Source: an uncultured virus (IMG/VR IMGVR_UViG_3300030336_000001) (Duplodnaviria; Heunggongvirae; Uroviricota; Caudoviricetes). From it: a stretch of DNA of 64,000 nt. The translations under genes were made by a program, and so were the position numbers. The notes under the pieces are model-generated. The model did not search any database and had not been told where the DNA came from. It worked only from the letters and a program-made list of their open reading frames with translations. This document shows positions 29,972-39,643 of this stretch, in pieces. The stretch lies in the IMG/VR virus record IMGVR_UViG_3300030336_000001. One strand, 5' to 3'. Numbering within the stretch: position 1 is the stretch's first letter; each line of letters opens with the position of its first letter.

Positions 29972-30732
29972 TCATGAGAGCCATACTGGTAAGCGTGGAC
30001 TATACCGATCTGTTGTCATTGACCCTGCCGTACAATCGACACCACTTCGAGGAGGTATTGGTTGTAACCTCTATCATGGATAGGCGTAACGTCAGGCCAG
30101 TAGCTGATCAGAACAAGGCCGACATATACGTTACTGACTCCTTCTACCACGGCGGGGCCAGGTTCAATAAGTGGAAGGCACTGGAGGAAGGGTTGGATTA
30201 CTTCGGCAGGCAGGGTTTACTGTGCATCATGGATGCGGACGTACTCTGGCCCAAGACCATACCAGTAGACGACTCGTACTTCCTGAAGGGTAAGCTGTAT
30301 TCCCCGCTAAGACGCATGGCCCCCATGCCATCAGCTAGCGTCCCGGAGTCTACCCCCTTTCCTCCAGAGAGTGACTGGTGGATATATCCGATCCATCGTA
30401 ACACCAGCGAGTGGGCTGGGTACTCTCAGATTTTCCACGCAGATGATCCGGTACTCGGCAAGACACCCTGGCATGAGATTAACTGGACCCATGCGGGTGG
30501 TGCCGACTCCTTCTTCCAGCAGAAGTGGAAGTTGATAAACCGTATCAGACCACCGTTCGAGATATTGCACCTTGGTGACGCGGGTGCTAACTGGTTTGGT
30601 AGAGCTACAAGGTACATCGACGGTACGCAACCTGAGAACGCTGAACTTAGGAGAAAGGAGATGAAGGAGTCTATCAGACGCAGGGGTCAATCCAACCCCG
30701 ACCATAGGTATGATCACGAGAAGTTAGGGTAG
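29932..30732 (+). CDS. Glycosyltransferase (GT-A; likely start 29973)
   Basis: FNKWKALEEG, MDAD (DxD) and GYSQIFH motifs. Confidence 0.7.
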   Translation: MWGWGHIPFWRKLIMRAILVSVDYTDLLSLTLPYNRHHFEEVLVVTSIMDRRNVRPVADQNKADIYVTDSFYHGGARFNKWKALEEGLDYFGRQGLLCIMDADVLWPKTIPVDDSYFLKGKLYSPLRRMAPMPSASVPESTPFPPESDWWIYPIHRNTSEWAGYSQIFHADDPVLGKTPWHEINWTHAGGADSFFQQKWKLINRIRPPFEILHLGDAGANWFGRATRYIDGTQPENAELRRKEMKESIRRRGQSNPDHRYDHEKLG

Positions 30733-30737
30733 TCACT

Positions 30738-31049
30738 GTGGGGGGAATTATCATGAGAGACTTCCCGAAGCTGGATGATGAGGGCGAGCCGGTTGGTAAG
30801 ATGCCGTGCTGTCCTAGGTGTCTAAAGGACACCTTGATAGTAGCTAATAAGGATCTTGTCTTGTGTCTGAAGTGTGCGTTCAAAGTCGAGAGGTACCAGA
30901 ACTTCAGTTGTCTCTGTAAATGTGGCATTAACGTGCCTATTAAACAGGACATGGACAACCCGTACCTGTTCCACCTGAATTGCTGCTGTGGACATAAGAC
31001 AGGTATAAAGGTGGACAGTGAAACCGCCAGGATGAGGGGGTTAATATAA
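30738..31049 (+). CDS. Zinc-ribbon protein
   Basis: Multiple CxxC/CxC motifs; last gene of the + arm. Confidence 0.5.
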   Translation: MGGIIMRDFPKLDDEGEPVGKMPCCPRCLKDTLIVANKDLVLCLKCAFKVERYQNFSCLCKCGINVPIKQDMDNPYLFHLNCCCGHKTGIKVDSETARMRGLI

Positions 31050-31057
31050 AATGTGAT

Positions 31058-31115
31058 CGTGATTCCCCGCCCCCCAGGTGTTGTAGCTCCGTACCTGGAG
31101 TGTGCGGGGGTCACG
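31058..31115. terminator. Long hairpin at the convergence of the two transcription arms
   Basis: CGTGATTCCCCGC..CCAGGT / ACCTGG..GCGGGGGTCACG. Confidence 0.55.
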
Positions 31116-31117
31116 TC

Positions 31118-31741
31118 TTACTCCTCGCTGGGGTGTGACAGAATGTGGCTGTACTGCGGGTTGCGCCCGTAAATCTTCGCCTCCTCTTCAACGTAGGCTA
31201 TCATGGCTTCCTTCCACCCTGCCACATGGCCTGCCTTGTACGCACCCGTTAGCCCATCAGCGGCGCAGTCCTGAAGGATGCGGGTGAGGTGGTCGATGTG
31301 CTGCTGCTGGTCACTCAGGAAGCCGTCCACATGAGAGCCACGAAGTATGCTCGGTTCCCTGTCGGTATACAGCTTGTGCTTCGCCCGTATCTCCGCCAAC
31401 CGCTCCTCACTCACTGGCCCCGGCACGGGCACGCTGTGCAGGGCTTCCTCGATGGCGGCGGTGATGATTGGGAGCAGGTAGTCAACCGTTTCCGCGCGAC
31501 GACAAGCCAGCCAATCCTCTGCCTTCTCCTTTCCGTCCTCAACGCCATAACTGGCCCCATGCACCATTCGGAGATAGGTGCTGTCGCGCCATTTCTCTAC
31601 GCCAAACGCCTTGGCGGCATGCCGCTCCGACGCCTCCCTGGCGATCTCTTCCACTGTCCTTGCCATATCCTTCCCCCCCCAGTTGATTTCCTTGCAACTC
31701 GTCTGTACTATTATCGCGTCCTGCGTGTTGCAGGGCGTCAA
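31118..31741 (-). CDS. Hypothetical protein (likely start 31666)
   Basis: ORF in higher-GC accessory block. Confidence 0.45.
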   Translation of the reverse strand: MTPCNTQDAIIVQTSCKEINWGGKDMARTVEEIAREASERHAAKAFGVEKWRDSTYLRMVHGASYGVEDGKEKAEDWLACRRAETVDYLLPIITAAIEEALHSVPVPGPVSEERLAEIRAKHKLYTDREPSILRGSHVDGFLSDQQQHIDHLTRILQDCAADGLTGAYKAGHVAGWKEAMIAYVEEEAKIYGRNPQYSHILSHPSEE

Positions 31742-31802
31742 AGAAGGCGAGACGTTCGAGGCCAGTATTCACTCCTGAACCGGGGATGCTGGCTCTCGGC
31801 GT

Positions 31803-32378
31803 TTAGGTGGGTGAGTCTGCCAATGCGGCGCGAGCAATCCGCTGCGTCTTTGCAGTCCAGTCGATGACATGATCAGGCTCAATGGAAGCAATCTCCTCCA
31901 GCGCCTTCATGTACCGATCCCGCTCCATCGCCACCCTGGACGGCTTCAGCACCTCGCCGCTGGCGGTCTGGCTGGGGGGCTGGGGAATCGCCATCTGAAG
32001 GATGATTTCAGAGAGGTTGGAACACTGTTCCTGATAGGCCGACCAATGTGTCCAGATCACCATTACTTCCTTCCCAACCACCTCTCGCATCGCCTCCGCC
32101 CCCAACCGCCACATCTCCTGAGCCGCCTCGCTCTCACAGAGCAGGTCGGTCATGATACGGTCGCGGCCCTCGACGGCGTCAGCCACGGCGGCGCGGATGG
32201 CGGTGGCAATCACTTTAATCGCCCCTTCGGCGTCACTATCAGCATTCCACTGGGGACCAAACATCACCTCGCCAACTGACACCCTGCCATAAACAGAGGT
32301 GCGCCGCTCAATGACTTTCAACTGCACCACTTCTTCCGCCCGCCTCTCTGCATCATCCTTCGTCTTGCTGCTGCTCAT
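31803..32378 (-). CDS. Hypothetical protein
   Basis: AAGGAG SD from the upstream gene end. Confidence 0.5.
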   Translation of the reverse strand: MSSSKTKDDAERRAEEVVQLKVIERRTSVYGRVSVGEVMFGPQWNADSDAEGAIKVIATAIRAAVADAVEGRDRIMTDLLCESEAAQEMWRLGAEAMREVVGKEVMVIWTHWSAYQEQCSNLSEIILQMAIPQPPSQTASGEVLKPSRVAMERDRYMKALEEIASIEPDHVIDWTAKTQRIARAALADSPT

Positions 32379-32381
32379 TCG

Positions 32382-32558
32382 TCACTCCTTCCCCAAGATG
32401 AGATCAACCGCCCAGCAGCCCAGCATCAGGAGAACAGCGAATGGCAAGACAATAGTTTCCCACACCGGCAAACGAACGTAATGACCGCCTCCCTCTGTAT
32501 GCGGTTCATAACAGACCCCACGTCCAATACTTCTTTCATAGATTACATGGCATCGCAT
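32382..32558 (-). CDS. 58-aa protein ending GCWAVDLILGKE (not in ORF track)
   Basis: Hand translation MRCHVIYERSIGRG...LMLGCWAVDLILGKE*; SD AAGGAG. Confidence 0.55.
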   Translation of the reverse strand: MRCHVIYERSIGRGVCYEPHTEGGGHYVRLPVWETIVLPFAVLLMLGCWAVDLILGKE

Positions 32559-32561
32559 AAA

Positions 32562-33674
32562 TCACTCCTTACCGAGGATAAGGTCGAGAGACCAGCAGCC
32601 TCGCACATGTGAACCTGGCGAACGCAGGTGAGCGAGGATGGGATGAGGTTTACTGGGCAAATACCCGTCAGCAACCAGAGAGGCAAACATCTGACGCGGC
32701 ATGATATCGACACTTGCCGGGGCGAACCTGTGCCATCCGCCATTGACTGCACAGTTATCCTCTGCCCACCTGATCGCATCTTTGAGCCTCGGCGCGGTGT
32801 GTATTACCTCATCCTCATCAAGTTGGGATGGCCGCGCAACGACCTCAAACGAATGTCCGCCATGCGACCTGTAGACGACGATACGCTTGGCTTCTCTTGG
32901 GAGTGTACAGCCAGCCTCCTCCAGCGCGTCCGCCAGCCATCCCAGCGTGATCGGATCGAGGCTGCCATCGTCGATGGTGCCGGTGCCGCGACAGGACGGG
33001 CAGAACCATGACCCTTTCTTGCCCATGCACGCCTCGCACTTCCGCCCCGACCGGTGCTGGTACGCGTCGGAGGCGAGCGAGAGGACTTGCGTGGTCCGAT
33101 AGGGTGCGTTCCAACCCACCCCGCCACAGACGAGGCAATCGCCCGGATAGCCGACTTCGGGCGTCCATTCAAAGGGTCGATCCGACCCATGCCGCTTACC
33201 GTCTCCGCCGCAACGACCGCACACCGGCAGCGTCACGGGCCGGAACGGGTTGCCGACGATGTCGCGCAGGAGACTGGCCTGCTCTGCTGGCGGTATGGGC
33301 CAACCTTCATTAGAGAATACGTGGTATGAGTGTCGACCACCATCCCAGCAGGTCCAGGCTGCGGCACGCCAGGCATAGTCTTCAGGTGTTTTCTTTTCTC
33401 TCCATTGGTAAGATGCTTTATACCAGGCATCTTTTAATTCGGCAGGAGACACAAGACCGTCGGCATATCTCTCTGCCACCTCAACAGCCCTGCGGCTATT
33501 CTCTTCTGTCATGTGTTTCCACACTCGACGGGCGCAGGCACATGCGAATAGTTGTAGCTTCCGCTGACTTACTGGGGCGTCACCTAATCCTTCTGCCTCA
33601 TTAGCGTTGTGACCAGTAATTAGCCGCATCATAGCAGCAGGGTCTTCGCTGCTCAGCCACTCTTTCTCGTTCAT
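32562..33674 (-). CDS. Gemmata-expanded family protein with DnaJ-type zinc-finger inserts
   Basis: EWL..EDP, RKLQLFACACARRVW, LLRDIVGNPFRPV, LADALEEAGC and HVRGCWSLDLILGKE motifs. Confidence 0.75.
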   Translation of the reverse strand: MNEKEWLSSEDPAAMMRLITGHNANEAEGLGDAPVSQRKLQLFACACARRVWKHMTEENSRRAVEVAERYADGLVSPAELKDAWYKASYQWREKKTPEDYAWRAAAWTCWDGGRHSYHVFSNEGWPIPPAEQASLLRDIVGNPFRPVTLPVCGRCGGDGKRHGSDRPFEWTPEVGYPGDCLVCGGVGWNAPYRTTQVLSLASDAYQHRSGRKCEACMGKKGSWFCPSCRGTGTIDDGSLDPITLGWLADALEEAGCTLPREAKRIVVYRSHGGHSFEVVARPSQLDEDEVIHTAPRLKDAIRWAEDNCAVNGGWHRFAPASVDIMPRQMFASLVADGYLPSKPHPILAHLRSPGSHVRGCWSLDLILGKE

Positions 33675-33687
33675 ACGTCCCCTTTGG

Positions 33688-33882
33688 TTAGAGCCATTCT
33701 TTGTCCTTCTTTATTTCCTTCAGAGTCTTATCCTGACTTTCCTTGATCTCGTCCTCCCTTTTCTTGATGTCCTTTAGTATCTTGCTTTGTCGGTAGTCCA
33801 GGCGGAACGCTACGATTGTCGTTATTACAGAAACCAGGAATGACACTATGTCCAACCAACTTATGTTGTCCCACATAATCAA
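33688..33882 (-). CDS. Small membrane protein
   Basis: One TM helix plus charged tail. Confidence 0.45.
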   Translation of the reverse strand: MIMWDNISWLDIVSFLVSVITTIVAFRLDYRQSKILKDIKKREDEIKESQDKTLKEIKKDKEWL

Positions 33883-34187
33883 CCCCTGGCGTCTTCAGGG
33901 TGCCACAACTCGTAGCCTGCCGCCACTCGCTGTTGCATTACTAGTATCTTTTCGGCACTGCCGGGCATGGCCAGTGTCGGTTCCGGGGCTAAACCCCTCG
34001 GAGCCTTATTGGTGTTGGTTGTATTCCTAACCCTGTCAGTCTTGGGCTTAGCTTCCAGGGTAGGGTATGCTTCTCTGAACACAGAGAAGTAACAGGCGGT
34101 ACATAGTCTTCTAGGTCTAGTGGGTCGTCGGAACCCACAATGTCTGCAAAGTTCCATTGTCCTCACCGTGGTTAAAAGGCGAGCCAC
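33879..34187 (-). CDS. Zinc-finger protein
   Basis: CRHC..CTAC; PGSAEKI...LWHPED motif. Confidence 0.55.
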   Translation of the reverse strand: MARLLTTVRTMELCRHCGFRRPTRPRRLCTACYFSVFREAYPTLEAKPKTDRVRNTTNTNKAPRGLAPEPTLAMPGSAEKILVMQQRVAAGYELWHPEDARG

Positions 34188-34219
34188 GCTCCACTATAAC
34201 CTTTAGATTCAGGTTCTTG

Positions 34220-36481
34220 CTAGTCGGCTGCCTCCGATACAGTACTGGCCTCATCAAATATCTTCACCATCCTTTCAGTCAACCTCCAGTTAACCATGTT
34301 TGATTTTCCACCTGGCAGCAGCCTCCTGAATGGTTCCACAACCTTCAGTTGCCGGAGGAACTTTAGCAGTAGCCTCATCTTCTCTTCAGTCTGGAAGGTG
34401 GCTGCCGCTATAGCCTTTACTTCCATACCCTGGTTGTCATCCTCGTACAGTGCCTTCACGATGTTAAGGGTAGTGCCCCTGGCAGTGTCCATTGCCACCT
34501 TGGTTACCCTGCTCATAACCTCTTCATCAACCTCGGTCCTGTTCAAGACGATTGACAGGCACATTGCCAGTCTGGTTAACTGGCTGCTCAATCTGGTGGC
34601 AACCTCACGCTCTACAACCTCTTCCTGGATCTTACTGGGCCTGGCCCGCATGTGAGCCACGAACTTACCAAGGTACGCACACCGCCGCTTGCTAGCTTCC
34701 GAGATGCTAACCCCTGCCAGTAGCTTACTGGCGTTGGCCCGTAGCCAGTCAACGTAGCCGCCAGTCATCTGCATGGCCACCACCAGATCGGGATCATGCT
34801 GGCTTTCAATCTTACCATTACTCTCAAGAGCAGTATTCCTAGCAGCCTGGTTCACTTTCCTCCAGAGAATCTCGTCTTCGAGATCGTCATCAATCTCATC
34901 CATCATCACGCAGTCGAGGAACCTCTCACCCAATTCCGACGAGTCGAGTCTTCTGAGAGAAGAGGTGCCACATAGAATCCAGGTCATACGAACCCCGATG
35001 TATTCTCGACTGATACGGTTGCGGTAGTGGGTACGACTGTTGGAGTCATACAGGTCTCTGGCTTCAGACAGAATCTGTGCCAGATTAGGTGACTCCAGGA
35101 GCGTGTCACCATCCTTGGTTACCAGTGTCTTGTCATACAACTGACCGATCAAGCCGTTGTCGTCGTCGCCCTTGGCGTCACTCTTGTAGCCTGAGTGAAA
35201 CCCACGCATGGTAGAGTTTGCCAGGATGTTCTTCCTACTGACGGCCAGTGCCTCACACAGTGTGGTCTTGCCGCAGGCTGCTGGTCCGATAACCTTAATC
35301 CATAGTTGGTCACCAACGCTCTTGACACTAGCGATACTGGCAAGCATGACGCTCAGAGTTACATCCATGCCTCTAGTCATCTTCATAGGCTTACGCCACT
35401 GGTTGATAAGGTCGTCCCACTTCTCGCACGGCAAGGTTTCCAGTTCAACCTTACCCTTGGTTTCAGACTTAGCACGACCTTGAATCCATGTGCCGGGCAC
35501 CGGAGCCATCATCTTTACAAGCGAATCCAACTGTTTGATACGCTCACGCTGGTTATCAGACTCGGTTAGGTGATCCCTCACGTCATAGCCGTCTGGTAGG
35601 TCAAGGTTGGGTCCGTCAACACCGCCCCACGTCATGTAGTTTACCTGGACCGGTGCCTTCTCCGCAGTGGCCAACGACTGTGCCACCTTCTGCATAGCCC
35701 CGTATCCTGCTGGTGGTATGACTCTACCGGTTACTGGGTGCTTGCGAGGGTGGTCGTTGTCATAGCAGATCATGACCATCTTACCGCCTAGCATCTCCTT
35801 CCATGTATCCTGGAATACGTTACAGCCCGGCACCGCTATGATGTTGACAGTCGAGAGTAGACTGACGTCCACATTACCAGTGTGGGTCAGGCCGAACCCC
35901 TCCTCATTCTTGGTGTAGTAGCAGGTTTCCCACAGGCACATGGCGTCCCACGGTCCCTCACACAAGATGACCGTGCCCTTCTTACTGTCCCACAGGTTAA
36001 CCCCGTGCAGACAGTGGTTACACTCTGGTGTGGCATACAGCCTGTACCTGCCATTGGTTTCCTTAACGTACCTATATAACTGGTTCAGCTTACCTTCTGG
36101 AGAGTAGCCTGGTACTAGCCATGTCCCGTCAGTTACCGACCTGCACACACCCCAGCTACTAAGGGTGTGGTCGTAGAGTAGTCCTCTACTCTCCAGGAAC
36201 GAGCCGCATCCGTTGTACGACTCCTCTTCCATCGAGTGCTGGTGTAACAGTCTCAGGAAGGTGAACACGTTGCCACCCTGCTCAGTCTTGGTGGACTCGG
36301 CACCTGTGTTGCAGGAGAAGCACCGCCACTGGCCAGTCTTGGCATTGATAGAGAACTTCTTGGCCTTGGCACAGAACGGGCAGGTGCCAACCACTTCCTC
36401 CCTGTCAGAGTCGTGGTCGAAGTCAACGCCGTGGAATGCGTACGGCTTCAGGTGTTTGGGTAGGTTAACGACCTTTGGCAT
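34220..36481 (-). CDS. Primase-helicase (Zn finger, TOPRIM, P-loop)
   Basis: CPFC/CFSC, CEGPWD, YDND and GPAACGKTT motifs. Confidence 0.85.
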   Translation of the reverse strand: MPKVVNLPKHLKPYAFHGVDFDHDSDREEVVGTCPFCAKAKKFSINAKTGQWRCFSCNTGAESTKTEQGGNVFTFLRLLHQHSMEEESYNGCGSFLESRGLLYDHTLSSWGVCRSVTDGTWLVPGYSPEGKLNQLYRYVKETNGRYRLYATPECNHCLHGVNLWDSKKGTVILCEGPWDAMCLWETCYYTKNEEGFGLTHTGNVDVSLLSTVNIIAVPGCNVFQDTWKEMLGGKMVMICYDNDHPRKHPVTGRVIPPAGYGAMQKVAQSLATAEKAPVQVNYMTWGGVDGPNLDLPDGYDVRDHLTESDNQRERIKQLDSLVKMMAPVPGTWIQGRAKSETKGKVELETLPCEKWDDLINQWRKPMKMTRGMDVTLSVMLASIASVKSVGDQLWIKVIGPAACGKTTLCEALAVSRKNILANSTMRGFHSGYKSDAKGDDDNGLIGQLYDKTLVTKDGDTLLESPNLAQILSEARDLYDSNSRTHYRNRISREYIGVRMTWILCGTSSLRRLDSSELGERFLDCVMMDEIDDDLEDEILWRKVNQAARNTALESNGKIESQHDPDLVVAMQMTGGYVDWLRANASKLLAGVSISEASKRRCAYLGKFVAHMRARPSKIQEEVVEREVATRLSSQLTRLAMCLSIVLNRTEVDEEVMSRVTKVAMDTARGTTLNIVKALYEDDNQGMEVKAIAAATFQTEEKMRLLLKFLRQLKVVEPFRRLLPGGKSNMVNWRLTERMVKIFDEASTVSEAAD

Positions 36482-36771
36482 TACTCGTCTCCGTATGGTG
36501 GCTCGGCCCAGCCGTGACCATTCTGTACCCAGTTGCCCAGGTCTTGACGGTCGAGGTGGGTTACAATTGGTTTGGATTCCTTCACACTTTTAAACAACTC
36601 AGGCTGGGTTGTCCTTATCAACTCAGCCAGGGCGAGGATAACTGGTGGAAGCGATGGTGCAGATGAAATCATCTGCAAATGGAGAGACTGGTAATGGTCC
36701 AAGGCATCAGCCATGTCCAGTAACAGTCTCGCCATTCGCTCCACCAACACTTTGTCGGTGGTGTTGCTCAT
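36481..36771 (-). CDS. Hypothetical protein
   Basis: Translationally coupled ORF. Confidence 0.5.
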   Translation of the reverse strand: MSNTTDKVLVERMARLLLDMADALDHYQSLHLQMISSAPSLPPVILALAELIRTTQPELFKSVKESKPIVTHLDRQDLGNWVQNGHGWAEPPYGDE

Positions 36772-37676
36772 TACTTCTTCAGTTCTCCTGGTACAGACTC
36801 TTTAGCCTTGTCTGCCTCCCACGTAGCCTGGTTACGCTTGCAGACCTTGGCCCAGACTTTGTTGAGCACCAGTTGCAGGTCAATCTTCTCCCTGGTAGCG
36901 AAGTCGCACAGGAACACCAGTAGGTCTGCCACTGCGTCTTCCTTGGCTTCCTGTGCTTCTGTAGGTGGTAAGCCTCTGCCCTGGTGGAGTCGCAGTACTA
37001 CCCTACTCAACTCACCCAACTCTTCCATCACGCCTAGCAGGGCTGGCACCGGACCCAGTGGGTGTCCATAGCTAACGCTGTTAACGTCCTTGCTACAGTT
37101 CTCACCGAACTGCTCCTTGGCCCACTTACCAATCTCTTGCTGAATCTGACGGAAGCTCTTCTCAGCTTCAGTATCTCTGGAAGAGAGTGACTGTATGAAC
37201 TCCTCTCTAGTCATCGACTTGTCTTCATGTTGGACCGGTATGATCGGCTCTTTAACTGTACCGGGCCAACCCTTTGGTTTCTTCTCCACTACTTCCTCCT
37301 TCGGTAAGAGTAAGTCGAATATCTGCTCAGCGTAGTTGCCGATTGGTCCGCTGTGTCTACCGGCAGTCAGATCAGCTTCCAGAGTCAGCAGGGCGAACAA
37401 CAGTCTCCGTGCTACAAGGAACTGTGCGCGCCTGGTAGACGAGACTGTGGAGAAGTTGTCCGAGTCGCAGCACTCGATCAGCTTATCCATGTAATGCAGT
37501 GCCTTGTCCAGAGACGTCAGCCCCTCCTTTAGTTTGTATCTGGTAAGGTATTTGGTGACCGCGCCGACGAACCAAGCCTCACCGTACAATTCCCACATTA
37601 TATCCCAGTGTTGCTTACCATTCAGCAGGTTCGTCTGGTAGTGGGTGCCGCCAATCTGTCTGTCATTTGCGCTCAA
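36771..37676 (-). CDS. DUF3310-like domain fused to MazG-like NTP pyrophosphohydrolase
   Basis: QIGGTHY..TKYLTRYKLKEG..LDKALHY; EELGEL..EDAVADLL. Confidence 0.75.
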   Translation of the reverse strand: MSANDRQIGGTHYQTNLLNGKQHWDIMWELYGEAWFVGAVTKYLTRYKLKEGLTSLDKALHYMDKLIECCDSDNFSTVSSTRRAQFLVARRLLFALLTLEADLTAGRHSGPIGNYAEQIFDLLLPKEEVVEKKPKGWPGTVKEPIIPVQHEDKSMTREEFIQSLSSRDTEAEKSFRQIQQEIGKWAKEQFGENCSKDVNSVSYGHPLGPVPALLGVMEELGELSRVVLRLHQGRGLPPTEAQEAKEDAVADLLVFLCDFATREKIDLQLVLNKVWAKVCKRNQATWEADKAKESVPGELKK

Positions 37677-37858
37677 GTGTTACTCCTTCTTGTAATATCG
37701 TTGTACCGTGGATTCCCATTCAAGTAGAACCTCCGTATCACACCGTAAACTCTAGATATAGAGATGTTGAACCTCTTCGCCAGGGCCGCATAAGACTCGC
37801 CTGCCAACCAATACCGGATCAACTCACGGTTGCGTCTGGTCTTCTCTGGTAGAGGCAT
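37673..37858 (-). CDS. Small HTH (Mor-like) protein
   Basis: RNRELIRYWLAGESYAALAKRFNISISRVYGVI. Confidence 0.55.
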   Translation of the reverse strand: MPLPEKTRRNRELIRYWLAGESYAALAKRFNISISRVYGVIRRFYLNGNPRYNDITRRSNT

Positions 37859-39134
37859 TAACCACCCTCTTGTACCTCGTCTCTGTCCACATTGTAGCCG
37901 CAATCTTCCAGGCGAAATCTTTGATCTGAAGGATACGCTTCCTTACCTGTGTTGCCGGTGACCCTAGCTTGTAGTGGTGGAACGCCGAGAACATGGGCTG
38001 TGCTACTGTCCTGAAGAACGGCTCGTCCCAGTTCAATGAGTCTATCATCTCCACAGAACGCTCAGTTGGATTCTGATTGATGTCAACAAAATCCTTTAGT
38101 TCTCGATCAAACACTGTCCAGTTATGAACCAATGGGACATGGTTCTTGCTGGTGTCACTAGCCAGATTCTGAATAGCCTGCACATCCCTACCAGACTCAA
38201 GCCACTCCTCCGGGTTCCAATTGTTGGTGTAGGCGTGCAGATTATTGGTAACGTGGTGATACTTCCCGACCTGCACACCAAGGTGTGCGGCTAGATATTC
38301 CTGGAGGAAAGTAAAATGCACATAGTTGGCTCCGAACAGTCCCCAGATCATGTCATTACTCCTGTTAACGACAGTCATGTCTAGCCACCGGTTGGGCAAG
38401 AAGATGTTATCTGGGTCGCCAACACAGTTCGGACAGGTGAATGGGGACTCGTCAAGCTCTGCCGCACGCTCTGGTGTCCAGTTACCCTTGCATGTTGGGC
38501 AGACCGGGTCCGTACGCAGGGCGAACATAACCACCAAGTTACAACACACATCCTTGGAGTTATCTATCCTCAGTAGATCGCCCCCCACATTCCACATTGA
38601 CAACACCGCACGCCTACTGTGGGGGTTGGCTCTCAGGTGGTTGATGATTACCTGGAGTTGGTCAACGTAGGTTGGTGGCTCCAGCATTCCGCCGTGTTTA
38701 CTGACGTAGTCAGCGTTGCCATCCTCAATCATATAACGACGCCACCTATACCCGTAAGCACCATTGAACGTCATTCCATCGTCGCTAAACTCGGCCATCC
38801 TCTTGACGTAGTACTGCAACGGAGCCACATCATTCCTGCCAGCTAGCATCCACAATGCTTCGTACAGGTGGAAGAACGGGTTACAATCCCGTGCAGGGTT
38901 GAGCAGTACCCTGGCTTTAGGATTGTGATAGGTGATGGTGATTGGCTCCGGATGGTAGATGCAGTCACCGTACCGACTGGGTGTCTTCTCGACCAGTGCC
39001 CTACCTGTGTGGAACAACTCGACTACTTGGTGAAACGCATCCGCTAAGTCTCTGTACTTCAGGTGCATGGTATCCTCCTGTCTTAGTCGGGCGACTATCT
39101 TCCTAATGTTAACAGAACTAAACCTCAAAATCAA
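37824..39134 (-). CDS. Thymidylate synthase-family protein, probable dUMP hydroxymethylase (likely start 39068)
   Basis: GAYGYRWR, SRRAVLSMW, KDVCCN (catalytic Cys) and RSNDMIWG..AN (dUMP-specifying Asn). Confidence 0.75.
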   Translation of the reverse strand: MILRFSSVNIRKIVARLRQEDTMHLKYRDLADAFHQVVELFHTGRALVEKTPSRYGDCIYHPEPITITYHNPKARVLLNPARDCNPFFHLYEALWMLAGRNDVAPLQYYVKRMAEFSDDGMTFNGAYGYRWRRYMIEDGNADYVSKHGGMLEPPTYVDQLQVIINHLRANPHSRRAVLSMWNVGGDLLRIDNSKDVCCNLVVMFALRTDPVCPTCKGNWTPERAAELDESPFTCPNCVGDPDNIFLPNRWLDMTVVNRSNDMIWGLFGANYVHFTFLQEYLAAHLGVQVGKYHHVTNNLHAYTNNWNPEEWLESGRDVQAIQNLASDTSKNHVPLVHNWTVFDRELKDFVDINQNPTERSVEMIDSLNWDEPFFRTVAQPMFSAFHHYKLGSPATQVRKRILQIKDFAWKIAATMWTETRYKRVVNASTREDQTQP

Positions 39135-39177
39135 CAGCCCCTCCGTGTATCCCGTCCAAATTTTTATCGAATATCTA

Positions 39178-39206
39178 TTGACTAATCCATAGCTCTCTCC
39201 TATACT
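39178..39206 (+). promoter_or_regulatory. Sigma70-type promoter for the 39251 gene
   Basis: TTGACT-N17-TATACT. Confidence 0.7.
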
Positions 39207-39250
39207 ACTCTTGTGTGGACCATAACCATCGCCCTGTAAGGAGCTAAGTC

Positions 39251-39643
39251 ATGTCGGAAGTCAAGAAGCCAGTCGCCTCCACCGCAACCGCAACCAAACC
39301 GGCTGGCAAGAAACCGGCGGCTCAGAAGCCAGCCACTCCAAAGCCACCGGCTCAGAAGCTGACCAAGCTGACACCGGAAGAGGAGCGTGAGAACGCTACG
39401 TCCGTTGGACTGGGTTTGGTACAGTACCGTATCCTGCGTGCGATGTCCGACGGTACGGAGCACAGCTATCGAGACATCGAGGCGAAGACCGGCTACTACA
39501 AGAACCTCACCCCGGTCATGCGTCAAGCCTACGATGGTAGCCTTTCTGCAAAAGGTCTGATCAAAGAGGTTGTCAAGAACGTTGATGGCAAAGAGAAAAT
39601 CACCTTCGTCATCACCGCCAACGGCAAGAAGCTCGTCAAGTGA
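39251..39643 (+). CDS. Winged-helix DNA-binding protein with Lys/Pro/Ala-rich N-tail
   Basis: QYRILRAMSDG..SYRDIEAKTG..KGLIKE..FVITANGKK; only + strand gene in the right arm. Confidence 0.65.
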   Translation: MSEVKKPVASTATATKPAGKKPAAQKPATPKPPAQKLTKLTPEEERENATSVGLGLVQYRILRAMSDGTEHSYRDIEAKTGYYKNLTPVMRQAYDGSLSAKGLIKEVVKNVDGKEKITFVITANGKKLVK

